Below, piece after piece: positions 7,318 to 15,768 of a stretch of DNA of 38,943 bases. The position numbers and the translations under genes were made by a program. The stretch's first letter is position 1, and the number at the start of each line of letters is the position of its first letter. The notes under the pieces were generated by a model, which saw only the letters and a list, made by a program, of their open reading frames with translations, was not told where the DNA came from and searched no databases. The DNA lies in the NCBI GenBank assembly GCA_021297975.1, contig JAJTHO010000053.1, forward strand, positions 1 through 38,943. Direction: 5' to 3'. The DNA comes from Alphaproteobacteria bacterium (GTDB taxonomy: Bacteria; Pseudomonadota; Alphaproteobacteria; JAJTHO01).

Positions 7318-8195
7318 GATAATGCCTCACTTTTTCCAGCCGGGCGGTCAAGCAACTGCGCAACCGCCTGTTTTACATCCGTTTCACCCGTAACGATTGC
7401 CGCAACCGCCGCGGTAATCGGCAGGGGAACGCCTAAGATTACAGCGCGGTGCAGCGCGGCGGATGCGGTTGCAACCCCTTCGGTAAGGGCGCTCATATCA
7501 ACGCCGCCGCCCGCGCCAATTCTCAGACCGAAGGCATAGTTGCGCGACAGCGGGCTTGTTGCGGTTAATACCATATCGCCGACGCCGCTTAAGCCTAAAA
7601 ACGTATCCGCCCGCGCCCCCAGCGCAAGGCCAAAGCGCACCATTTCCGCAAGCCCCCGTGTGAACAGCGCCGCGCGGGCGCTTTCGCCATAGCCCGCACC
7701 CATGGCAATGCCGCAGCCAATCGCCATGACGTTTTTCAGCGCCCCGCCCACGGCAACGCCGATAGCATCATCGCTGTGGTAAACACGGCAGGCGCGGCTG
7801 TTTAGTAAGGAGGCTAGCTTTTCAGCACCCTGCCCGGCGAGGGTTAAGGCCACCGGCAAACCCTGCATCACATTCGCGGCAAACGAGGGCCCGGAGAGCA
7901 TGAGGGCAGGGTTTTCCGGACACAGGGCGGCTGCGACTTCATGCAGCAGCAGACCGGTGTCCCGTTCAATCCCCTTGGCGGCAATAAGCAGCGGCACACC
8001 GGCGGGAAGATTTAATGTGCTGACCGTCCCGCGTAGGCGCTGCGCCGGAACGGCTAGCACAACGGCTGCGGGGACGCCTTCAGGGAGGCTGTCATCATGA
8101 TGCAGGCGCAGGACGCGGCCACCAGCTTGCTCAAGGAGATTACCGAGCGCCGTGCCCCACGCGCCCTGACCAATGACGGCAACGGTTTTGCTCAT
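7314..8195 (-). CDS. gpsA: NAD(P)H-dependent glycerol-3-phosphate dehydrogenase
   Basis: The Rossmann motif VAVIGQGAWGTALG follows ATG 8195, and the C-terminal GpsA-like region contains ...GALKNVMAIGCGI... The tracked ORF extends to 8270, but ATG 8195 forms an ATGA overlap with the tsaD stop. Confidence 0.85.
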   Translation of the reverse strand: MSKTVAVIGQGAWGTALGNLLEQAGGRVLRLHHDDSLPEGVPAAVVLAVPAQRLRGTVSTLNLPAGVPLLIAAKGIERDTGLLLHEVAAALCPENPALMLSGPSFAANVMQGLPVALTLAGQGAEKLASLLNSRACRVYHSDDAIGVAVGGALKNVMAIGCGIAMGAGYGESARAALFTRGLAEMVRFGLALGARADTFLGLSGVGDMVLTATSPLSRNYAFGLRIGAGGGVDMSALTEGVATASAALHRAVILGVPLPITAAVAAIVTGETDVKQAVAQLLDRPAGKSEALS

Positions 8196-9208
8196 GGCTG
8201 AATCTCCTGTAGATACCAGCGCGGCTTGGCGGCAATGGGGATGGGCGAGCGATACCCCGCCTGCCACCACTCAAGACCGCACCAGGCAATCATCGCGCCG
8301 TTATCGGTGCACAAACCCGGCGGCGGTATCAGGCAGGTTTTACCCTGCCGCGCCGCAACATCAAGGAGCGCGCTGCGTAAGTGAGCGTTCGCTGCCACGC
8401 CGCCCGCCACCGCCAGTGTTGTTATATCGGGATGCGCTGCGCAGTGCCGCTCGAGAACAGTACATAAGTGAGCGATTGCTTTCTTTTGGAAAACAGCGGC
8501 GATATTGGCTTTTTTTTGCGATGTGAGCGGTTGCTCTTGCTGAACAAGAAGCCGCACGGCGTTTTTCAATCCCGAAAACGACACATCACCCGCCGTTTTT
8601 CCCTGTAGCGGCGTTGGCAAGGTGTAGCTGCTGGCATCACCCATAAGCGCCGCTTGCTCAACCTTGGGCCCGCCGGGAAAACCTAAATCAAGCAGCGCGG
8701 CGACCTTATCAAACGCCTCACCCGCCGCATCATCCAGCGTTTCCCCTAAAATCTCAAAGCTGCGCGCCCCGCGCACGAGGGCAAAAAAGCAATGCCCGCC
8801 CGATGCCAGCAACAGTAAATAGGGAAACGTGGCCGCATCAGATAAGCGCGGGGTCAGCGCGTGTGCCGCCAAATGATTGACGCCCAGTACTGGCTTATTC
8901 CACGCCAAACCCATGCCGCAGGCAAACTGCACCCCCACCAGCAGCCCGCCAATCAGGCCGGGCCCTTGGGTTACCGCAATAACATCGACGCACTCCCGGA
9001 GCTTTGCCCCGATTTGGCGCTCTAATTCCTGCACCAGCGGCAACCACGCGCCGACGTGTTCACGCGCCGCAAGCTCTGGAACGACGCCCTTGTAGCGAGA
9101 ATGAACGCTCACCTGACTAGCGCGCACATCCCCCAGCACCCGCCGGTCACTATCCACCAGCGCCAGCCCCGTATCATCACAACTGCTCTCTAACCCTAAA
9201 ACACGCAT
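8192..9208 (-). CDS. tsaD: tRNA N6-adenosine threonylcarbamoyltransferase
   Basis: The start is at MRVLGLESSCDDTGLALV (ATG 9208). The NHLAAH metal-binding motif and GGVAAN are present. The upstream 45 codons of the tracked ORF are not Kae1/TsaD-like. Confidence 0.9.
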   Translation of the reverse strand: MRVLGLESSCDDTGLALVDSDRRVLGDVRASQVSVHSRYKGVVPELAAREHVGAWLPLVQELERQIGAKLRECVDVIAVTQGPGLIGGLLVGVQFACGMGLAWNKPVLGVNHLAAHALTPRLSDAATFPYLLLLASGGHCFFALVRGARSFEILGETLDDAAGEAFDKVAALLDLGFPGGPKVEQAALMGDASSYTLPTPLQGKTAGDVSFSGLKNAVRLLVQQEQPLTSQKKANIAAVFQKKAIAHLCTVLERHCAAHPDITTLAVAGGVAANAHLRSALLDVAARQGKTCLIPPPGLCTDNGAMIAWCGLEWWQAGYRSPIPIAAKPRWYLQEIQP

Positions 9209-9261
9209 ATCGGTGAGTCCTTGACGCCATAGCCGCCGCCGCTCATAACAACGGCGCAGAC

Positions 9262-10197
9262 ATGGACACACTTCTTCCCTTGCGCATTGGCACTCGCGGT
9301 AGCGCCCTCGCTCGTACACAAACACACCTCGCTTGCCAAGCACTTAGCGCGGCTGAACCGCTGTATGCGGCCGCAGGTGCGTTTGCCATCACGCCGATTA
9401 AAACCAGCGGCGATACAATTGACGACCGTCCGCTGCATGATATAGGCGGTAAAGCCTTGTTTTGCCGCGAACTCGATGCCGCTGTCCTGGCCGATGCGGT
9501 GGATATTGCCATTCATTCACTGAAAGATATTCCGGCGCAGCTTGACCCGCGCCTGAAAATCGCCGCGGTTCTGCCGCGTGCGGATTGCCGCGATGCGCTG
9601 GTGAGCATGAACAATGCGGCGCTGTTGGATTTGCCGGAAGGGGCGCGGATTGGAACGTGTTCGTTGCGCCGGCAAGCGCAGGTTTTAACGCTGCGCCCGG
9701 ATGTGCGGCTGGTGCCGCTGCGCGGGAATGTACCGGGGCGGATAGAGAAAATGCGCCGGGGTGATTGCGACGCGGTGATTTTGGCGGCGGCGGGATTAGA
9801 GCGTTTGGGATTGGTCGCAGCGGCAAGTGAAATTTTTGCGCCAAGCGCGTTTACCCCCGCCGGCGGACAGGGTTTTATCGCCGTGGTGATTGCGGCGACG
9901 CAAGATAACCCGGCGCTGCTGACGGCGCTGGCGCGGATAAATCATGCGCCAAGTTTTCACGCGGCGAGTATCGAGCGGGCGTTTCTTTTAGCGCTGAACG
10001 GTAGCTGTCACACGCCGATTGGCGCGTATTGCGACGAGGGCGGCACGCTGCATACCTTTTTGGGCAGCGCGGAGTATCCGGGCTTGGTGTATCGCAGCGC
10101 GGCGGCGAAGGCGGATGCCGATGCGGCGGCAGATTTGGCGGCGCGGCTTTTGCGCGATGCGCCGCTGGAATTACGGCGTGCGGCGGGGCTTGGGTGA
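9262..10197 (+). CDS. hemC: Porphobilinogen deaminase (hydroxymethylbilane synthase)
   Basis: LRIGTRGSALARTQT, RGNVPGR and the cofactor-binding Cys region LNGSCHTPIGAY are present. It is divergent from tsaD. Confidence 0.9.
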   Translation: MDTLLPLRIGTRGSALARTQTHLACQALSAAEPLYAAAGAFAITPIKTSGDTIDDRPLHDIGGKALFCRELDAAVLADAVDIAIHSLKDIPAQLDPRLKIAAVLPRADCRDALVSMNNAALLDLPEGARIGTCSLRRQAQVLTLRPDVRLVPLRGNVPGRIEKMRRGDCDAVILAAAGLERLGLVAAASEIFAPSAFTPAGGQGFIAVVIAATQDNPALLTALARINHAPSFHAASIERAFLLALNGSCHTPIGAYCDEGGTLHTFLGSAEYPGLVYRSAAAKADADAAADLAARLLRDAPLELRRAAGLG

Positions 10198-10225
10198 TGT
10201 TTTGTTATCATCGTTTTTTTGTGGC

Positions 10226-10340
10226 GTCATTCCGAGCAAACAAAACCGCAGGTTTTGTGCCGTCGAGGAATCTCCCCTTTATCTTCAGGGAGATCCTTCG
10301 ACTTCGCGAAACCTTTCGGTTTCGCACCGCTCAGGATGAC
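10226..10340. repeat. Nested-palindromic intergenic repeat, copy C (115 bp, quasi-symmetric variant)
   Basis: The ends are GTCATTCCGAGC and GCTCAGGATGAC. Both arms are of the AAACC-loop-GGTTT hairpin type (CAAAACC-gca-GGTTTTG and GCGAAACC-ttt?-GGTTTCGC). The central palindrome is GAGGAATCTCCC...GGGAGATCCTTC. The left arm is nearly identical to the reverse complement of the right arm of copy D. Confidence 0.9.
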
Positions 10341-10366
10341 GCCTTTATGAAAAACAAGGTCGCCTT

Positions 10367-11023
10367 TTGACTCGCCACTTTCTCCTCACCCGCGAGAAAG
10401 ACGAGCACGGGGCGCTGGGCGCATTTTTAAAAAAGAACGGCTATGCGCCATCGGTTGTGCCGCTGCTGATACCGCAGTATCTGCCGCTGAATGCCGCGGA
10501 GCGCCAGGCTATCGAGGCGGCAACGGATATTGTTATCACGAGCCGCCGGGCACTGATGGATGAAACATTGCCGCGAAAGCCGTTGTGGTGTGTGGGCACG
10601 CCGCCGCCGGGCTGGCCGATTGCCGGGAGCGCGCCCACCGTTGCCGCGCTGCAACAGCTGCTGGATGCGCTGCCTGCCGCTCGCCGCCTGGTGTATCTGC
10701 GCGGGCGGGAGATTACAACGCCGCTGCACCATCCTCATGTAACATCTATCATCACCTATGCCATGGATGAGGCCGCCGCCATCACACTGCCGCACCATGA
10801 TTTCTGGGGCGCGGCGGTTTTTTCTAACCGGTCACTCGCATTGTTAACGCAGCGCATCCTGCCGTTTTGCCGCATACAGCATCTGTTCACCCTGATGCCT
10901 GATGCAGCGCCGCATCACCCGCACAGCGTAACCCTGCATTCGGCAAAGAATCCTAGCCTTGCCGGTCTTATCGCGTGTATAGAGAATGTGCACAGCCGGG
11001 ATACGCACCAGCATGGACACTGA
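10367..11023 (+). CDS. hemD: Uroporphyrinogen-III synthase-like protein, with an apparent TTG start
   Basis: It sits directly after hemC. The N-terminus (M)TRHFLLTREKDE...L...G......PLL fits the HemD pattern. The only in-frame start after the stop at 10337-10339 is TTG 10367. The protein is short (218 aa) and divergent. Confidence 0.55.
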   Translation: MTRHFLLTREKDEHGALGAFLKKNGYAPSVVPLLIPQYLPLNAAERQAIEAATDIVITSRRALMDETLPRKPLWCVGTPPPGWPIAGSAPTVAALQQLLDALPAARRLVYLRGREITTPLHHPHVTSIITYAMDEAAAITLPHHDFWGAAVFSNRSLALLTQRILPFCRIQHLFTLMPDAAPHHPHSVTLHSAKNPSLAGLIACIENVHSRDTHQHGH

Positions 11024-12101
11024 ACACAGCAAAACTGTTGATCCTGTTTTTACCAGCGAGACGTCACCGCTGCCGGAACTCGTTGCGGAAAAACTTACCA
11101 AAACGGAAGTCGAGCGCGTTATCAAACGCAAGGTTTATCCGTATCTTACCGGCGGGGCGTTGGCGCTCGGTGTTGTTGTCATTATCTTTTTAGGGGCGCT
11201 GTCTGATAAAATTGACAGCACTGAGCAGCGCACCACCACGCGGCAAATTGGTGATCTTTATACGGAGCTGGCGACGATTCGCCAGAGCCTGACGGCGCTG
11301 GAAATGCGCAGCAGCGCGATTGCCCCGGATGTGCTGGATAAGATTGTTGAGTTGAATAATCGCGTGCGCGCGCTGGAAGCTGGGGAAACGGCGGTGTTGG
11401 ACGGTGAGACCGGCAAGCGCCCGGATGTGGCCGCCTTGGCGCGGGAAGCCGATAAACTCCTGCAGCACGATGCCGCAAAACACATGAGCGAGAGCTTAAA
11501 AGCAGAACCGAATAAAAACATCACAACGGAAACAACGCTGCAAGCCGCCGTTGCGCCGAATCCCCTGCCCGCTGCACTCAACGAGCTGCGCCAGCGCATT
11601 TTGGAGGGCGAACCGTTTGGTGATGAACTCGATGCGGCGCTCGCGCTCAGCACTGCCGCGCCCGCACCGGAAGCCCTGTTAACCGCGCTGGAAAGCCGCC
11701 GCGAAAACGGTGTTGTGCTGCTTTCGGCGCAAGCCGAGACGCTGCCGCCGCTGTTGCGCACTGCGTTGCAAAATGCGGCTATGCCCGCCGCCGCGCATGA
11801 GCCGGGAAAAATCGGCTCAACACTGACCGGGGCGCTGAGCACGCTGGTTGAGGTGCGCACGAAAAAACCTGCTGGGGATGCAACAGTGTTGCGGCAGATT
11901 GATACGCTGGAGCTGGCGTTGCGGCAAAACAATCGGCGCAGCGTTGCGGCGGCTCTCACCGCGCTGCCGGAAGCCTTGCGCAACGACAGCAGCGTTGCCC
12001 CGGCGATGGTGGAAGCACGCGAAACACTGGCCATCCTTGATGGGCTGGAAACATGGCGCCGCAGCGTTCGCACCGCGGCAACACCCGCGAAGGCACCCTG
12101 A
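11013..12101 (+). CDS. Alphaproteobacterial Mic60/mitofilin-like membrane protein (HemX position)
   Basis: I set the start at ATG 11013, which overlaps the hemD end by 11 nt. It has one TM helix (LTGGALALGVVVIIFLGAL), a long Ala/Leu/Glu-rich coiled-coil region and a C-terminal amphipathic domain. It lies between hemD and a HemY_N gene, which is the documented context of alpha-Mic60. Confidence 0.6.
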   Translation: MDTEHSKTVDPVFTSETSPLPELVAEKLTKTEVERVIKRKVYPYLTGGALALGVVVIIFLGALSDKIDSTEQRTTTRQIGDLYTELATIRQSLTALEMRSSAIAPDVLDKIVELNNRVRALEAGETAVLDGETGKRPDVAALAREADKLLQHDAAKHMSESLKAEPNKNITTETTLQAAVAPNPLPAALNELRQRILEGEPFGDELDAALALSTAAPAPEALLTALESRRENGVVLLSAQAETLPPLLRTALQNAAMPAAAHEPGKIGSTLTGALSTLVEVRTKKPAGDATVLRQIDTLELALRQNNRRSVAAALTALPEALRNDSSVAPAMVEARETLAILDGLETWRRSVRTAATPAKAP

Positions 12102-12102
12102 T

Positions 12103-13299
12103 ATGCGGCGTTTGATTTTACCCCTTGCGGCGCTGATACTCTTGCTGTTTGGCTTGTCGCTGCTCATTCCCGGCACGGTGCGGCTTGAGATTGGTGATAC
12201 AGAAATTACAACGCAGGGCGCGTTTTTAGGTCTGGCGCTGCTGCTGGTTATATTGTTGTCTCATGGCGTTTTACGCGGCATTGAGCACTTGGCCGCGTGG
12301 CCAGCTAGGCATCGCCGCCATAAGGCGCATACACAAACCGAGCGCGGCTTGGATGCGCTCAGCCGCACGATTGAGGCGTTACTCAGCCGGGATGCGGCAA
12401 AGGCGACGCGGGGGGCGCGAGAGGTGGGGACGCTGCTGGAGAGACCGCGCCTTGGTTTGCTGCTGGCGGCGCAGGCATCGGCGCTGAACGGCGACCTCGC
12501 GAAAGCAGAACACCAGCTGGAACAACTGCACCACGTTGAGCCTGGCAACACCTTTGCAACCGGGGCGCTGATTCGCGCCGCGCACAGCCAGCACCACGGC
12601 GCCAAGGCGCTGCATCTTGCCGAGAGCAGCTTTAACGATAATAAGCGCGATACAGCCAACATCCTGCTGTATGCGGATGAATTGGTGCGGCAACGCAACA
12701 CGGCGGAATTGGCGCGTCTCATTGCTTCATGGCCGTTTCGCTGGCATGTGCCGCTAGAGCGGCGGCGGCGTTTTCAAGCGGCGCTGGCGTTTTTTAAAGG
12801 TAACGCCCGCGCGGCACTGGATGATGCCGCCGCTGGCAGCGCGCTGCAGCAGCTGGCGCTGAAAAAAATACAGGAGACCAGCCCGGAAAAAATGCTGGCG
12901 TTGTTGTCTGGTTTATGGACTGCACAGGCGAACCGCGGGCTGACGGCGCTGTTGTGGGAGCAGCTGCGCGTTATGCCCGGTTTAGAGCGCGGCAAAAAGA
13001 TTGCCGCTTTAGTGAAAAAACAAAGTAACGTCATTGAAAAAGCGCGGCTGGAGTATCTTGCAGCGTTGCAAGAAGGACAGCTTGACAAGGCCGAATCGTT
13101 GCGGCGCACGCTGCCGGATGTGGGTGCGGCGCTGCTGTTCACCTGCAGTGATTGCGGCAGTAAAACTCCGGATGCTGCGCTTGTTTGCGGCGCGTGTTTT
13201 GCTGTGGATACTCTTCGGCTTGATGCGGCGGCTACAACGCCAGGCGGCGGCCTTGCCACGCTTGCCACGCCGCTTGCGTTTCAACCGCCAGCGTCTTGA
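12103..13299 (+). CDS. HemY_N-domain / TPR membrane protein (heme-cluster associated, 'HemY-like')
   Basis: I set the start at ATG 12103 (MRRLILPLAALILLLFGLSLL...EIGDTEITTQGAFLGLALLLVILL, two N-terminal TM helices). TPR-like repeats follow, then a C-terminal Cys4 ribbon (CSDCGS...CGAC). The upstream part of tracked ORF 11848.. overlaps the preceding gene out of frame. Confidence 0.7.
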   Translation: MRRLILPLAALILLLFGLSLLIPGTVRLEIGDTEITTQGAFLGLALLLVILLSHGVLRGIEHLAAWPARHRRHKAHTQTERGLDALSRTIEALLSRDAAKATRGAREVGTLLERPRLGLLLAAQASALNGDLAKAEHQLEQLHHVEPGNTFATGALIRAAHSQHHGAKALHLAESSFNDNKRDTANILLYADELVRQRNTAELARLIASWPFRWHVPLERRRRFQAALAFFKGNARAALDDAAAGSALQQLALKKIQETSPEKMLALLSGLWTAQANRGLTALLWEQLRVMPGLERGKKIAALVKKQSNVIEKARLEYLAALQEGQLDKAESLRRTLPDVGAALLFTCSDCGSKTPDAALVCGACFAVDTLRLDAAATTPGGGLATLATPLAFQPPAS

Positions 13300-13555
13300 A
13301 TTCGGCCAAACGCTCCACCGATACGGTCTGATCCGCCCAAAATTCATGCACCCCTTTAAGGCCAAGATTTGCCGCTGTGCCGCGAAGGCCATGGAGAATT
13401 TTTGCAACTTGAAGAATTTTGTTGTCGTTGTCCGCCGCTGCTAATTGCTGGAGCTGTTCTGGCAAATCGCGCCAGAAAATTTGCAGCAGCTCATCTAGTT
13501 TGTGAACGCTCACGGCATCGGCAAGCTCGCTTATACGGGCATCATCAAGAAGCAT
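13232..13555 (-). CDS. Stand-alone histidine phosphotransfer (Hpt) protein
   Basis: The protein is 107 aa with the Hpt motif AKILHGLRGTAANLGL. ATG 13555 is preceded by AAGGAG and overlaps the end of the phosphatase gene by 11 nt. Confidence 0.8.
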   Translation of the reverse strand: MLLDDARISELADAVSVHKLDELLQIFWRDLPEQLQQLAAADNDNKILQVAKILHGLRGTAANLGLKGVHEFWADQTVSVERLAEFKTLAVETQAAWQAWQGRRLAL

Positions 13556-14711
13556 ATGTTTCTCCTTGGCGAATCGCCACCAGCGTTACATCATCCCGCA
13601 ATGGCTGGGGAAAATCTTGTTCCACTCTATCACGGAGCAAGCGAAAAGCTCGGCTCATGTCTGTTTCACTGAGCAGCGCTTGCACCCCGGCATCATTCAG
13701 GCTGGCCGTGCCGCCAAAAGGATATGTCAGCCCATCGCTGTATAAAAAAAGCTGTGCACCAGGAGCGAAAGTGGCGGTTTTTTCGGTGTACCGGGTGGTG
13801 GAGGACAGTCCGAGCGCAAGATCGCTACCCTCCCATGCCTCCGGCGGCGCACTATGATGCGACCAATACAGCACGGGCGGCGCGCCCGCACTGGCGTAAC
13901 GCAAGACGCGCCGTTCACAATCTAGCACGCCGTAAAATAAGGTGGCAAACTGCCCCACTGGCACCACGCGGCAAATTTCCGCATTGAGATACTGTAGCAT
14001 CGCTGCTGGATCGAGAGCCTTGTCCACCGCGCCGCTCATCAAGGCATCGAGCCGCACGGCATTCAGCGCTGCGTTTACCCCATGCCCCGAAAAATCCAAC
14101 GTGTACACCGAAACTTTGGTGGTATCGAGCCGGCGAATGCTCCAGGAATCACCGCCCAGTTGTGAGCTAGCGCGGAGATAACCATCAACATGAAGATTGT
14201 GGCTTTCCGCCAGCGCTTCATAGACAGCGCGTTGCGGCACGGCGGCATTTTGTATACGCTGAGCGGCATCCATTTCCGATTCAAGGCGCTGTTTATACAG
14301 GCTTAACTCCGCCAGCATCGCCCGATTTTCTAAATGAATGCGCACCCGCGCCTCTAATTCCGCCGCGTTAATGGGCTTGGCTACTAAATCGGTTGCCCCG
14401 GCGGCAAACGCCCGCGCTCTGTCGCCCGGCTTATCGAGATAGGTCTGGACAATAATCGGCAAGCGTTCAAAACCCAAGCTGTTACGAATCGTACGGCACA
14501 CCGTAAAGCCATCAACATCCGGCATCACTAAATCGAGTAGCACTAAATCATAGGGGCGCTGTTTAATTTTCTCCAAAGCCTCCTGGCCGGAGGTGGCAAT
14601 ATCAATGCGATTAAAGCCCCGCGCCGCGAGGATTTCTTTCAAAAGCCCCCAGCCGGTTGGTTCATCATCAACTATCAGCAGGGCGGCATCGCGCACATTG
14701 TAAGCAGACAC
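13545..14711 (-). CDS. Response-regulator receiver fused to a PP2C/SpoIIE-type serine phosphatase (RsbU-like)
   Basis: The REC domain is LLIVDDEP...DLVLLDLVMPDVDGF...VAKP, followed by a coiled-coil linker. The PP2C motifs are GGDSW, LDFSGHG and LFLYSDGL. Confidence 0.9.
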   Translation of the reverse strand: MSAYNVRDAALLIVDDEPTGWGLLKEILAARGFNRIDIATSGQEALEKIKQRPYDLVLLDLVMPDVDGFTVCRTIRNSLGFERLPIIVQTYLDKPGDRARAFAAGATDLVAKPINAAELEARVRIHLENRAMLAELSLYKQRLESEMDAAQRIQNAAVPQRAVYEALAESHNLHVDGYLRASSQLGGDSWSIRRLDTTKVSVYTLDFSGHGVNAALNAVRLDALMSGAVDKALDPAAMLQYLNAEICRVVPVGQFATLFYGVLDCERRVLRYASAGAPPVLYWSHHSAPPEAWEGSDLALGLSSTTRYTEKTATFAPGAQLFLYSDGLTYPFGGTASLNDAGVQALLSETDMSRAFRLLRDRVEQDFPQPLRDDVTLVAIRQGETYAS

Positions 14712-14720
14712 AAATACATC

Positions 14721-15248
14721 CTATGCACGCTTTAACGTGATGTGCAAGGTGCACTTTTCCTGATCATACGCCACCGCATCGGCGCACTGTTCAACCAGCC
14801 TTAGCCCGCGGCCAAAAAAGGGATTGTGAATAATGGCTTCGCCGTGTTTAAACCCCTCGCCCTCATCGCGTATCGCCAGCTCTATCCGATCGCGAAAGAT
14901 TTCCGTGGTGACATAGATATTTTTTTGCGCCAGCTCGGGTTTACTCAGGCGGATTTTAAGCTCCTGGCCAAAGGCATCCAATCCTTCTACCGACCCCGGC
15001 AGGGACGGCAAACCCAAATTACCATGGAAAAAGGCATTAATAACAGCTTCTTGCAACGAAAAACGCACACGAAACTGCATTTCCGCATCAAGAATAATGA
15101 GTTTGCCGATTTGAGTGGTCATTTCGGCGGCAATACTACCGTTGTGGGCTTCTTTGGTGGTGAAGACCCACGACAGGCGAATGGCTTCAATATGCGGCCA
15201 CGTTTCCGGGCTTACGGCCTGGTTGCGGCTTACGACACGACGCGCCAT
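14721..15248 (-). CDS. RsbW/SpoIIAB-like anti-sigma-type serine kinase (HATPase_c_2)
   Basis: N-box is EAVINAFFHGN, G1 is RDEGEGF and G2 is GRGLRLV. At 175 aa it has the typical size for partner-switching kinases. Confidence 0.85.
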   Translation of the reverse strand: MARRVVSRNQAVSPETWPHIEAIRLSWVFTTKEAHNGSIAAEMTTQIGKLIILDAEMQFRVRFSLQEAVINAFFHGNLGLPSLPGSVEGLDAFGQELKIRLSKPELAQKNIYVTTEIFRDRIELAIRDEGEGFKHGEAIIHNPFFGRGLRLVEQCADAVAYDQEKCTLHITLKRA

Positions 15249-15250
15249 GC

Positions 15251-15556
15251 TTACTCCTCAATCTTTAGCAACTGATCAAACTTGGCTAAGTTTAATAAAC
15301 GTTTAACCGCGCCGGTTGGGCGGCGAATAATCAGCGCAATGCCTTTTGCCGCAAACGTATCCCGCGCCAGCAGTAGCATCCCCAATCCGCCGGAATCCAT
15401 AAAGGATACATTGGCAATATCGAGTATACATTCTGTTGGTTGCACCGCGATAACTTCGTTCATAATCTGGCGGAATGTTTCATGGCTGAGCGCCAGCATA
15501 TCCCCAGTGAGGACTATTGTAAGGCTGTGGCCTTGGTGTATACTTGTGTAGTCCAT
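15251..15556 (-). CDS. STAS-domain anti-anti-sigma factor (RsbV/SpoIIAA-like)
   Basis: The protein is 101 aa and carries the conserved phosphorylatable serine motif SFMDSGGLGML. It is the first gene of the operon. Confidence 0.85.
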   Translation of the reverse strand: MDYTSIHQGHSLTIVLTGDMLALSHETFRQIMNEVIAVQPTECILDIANVSFMDSGGLGMLLLARDTFAAKGIALIIRRPTGAVKRLLNLAKFDQLLKIEE

Positions 15557-15734
15557 CGTTCTCTCCGTTGCCGGCGGTCATCAAAGTGTTTTGGATACTC
15601 TGTGTATCCTTATTGTAGGGTGATACAAGTTCTGATAGTAATCCGGCAATAAGAAACTCTCATTATAGTGTTAAAAAATTGATAATGCACTTATTAAGTG
15701 TATTCTCGATCTAACGCGACTCCCTAAAAAGCCC

Positions 15735-15762
15735 TTGCATTAATTGTATATAGATATATAAT
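15735..15762 (+). promoter_or_regulatory. Near-consensus sigma70 promoter ending 6 nt before the ATG (candidate leaderless transcript)
   Basis: TTGCAT (15735-15740), a 16-nt spacer, then TATAAT (15757-15762). The ATG of the next ORF is at 15769 and no Shine-Dalgarno sequence lies between them. Confidence 0.45.
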
Positions 15763-15768
15763 TAAAAT

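Noticed and set aside
11258-12073. Long antisense ORFs opposite real genes. Examples are 11258..12073, 16539..17405, 12774..13268, 4973..5530, 35372..35980 and 36463..37014.
   Set aside because: Each lies entirely inside a gene with clear family motifs on the other strand. Their products are low-complexity Ala/Ser/Arg-rich strings with no motifs. These are the typical shadow ORFs of GC-rich or codon-biased DNA.
15593-15609. The palindrome GGATAC-tctgt-GTATCC upstream of the partner-switching operon shares the GGATAC/GTATCC half-site with the repressor operator at 2842-2864. This could suggest a second operator.
   Set aside because: Only a 6-mer is shared, the half-site arrangement is inverted (GGATAC..GTATCC versus GTATCCA..TGGATAC) and the spacing differs. 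A chance match in an AT-rich 200-bp region is likely. It could still be tested in a footprint experiment.
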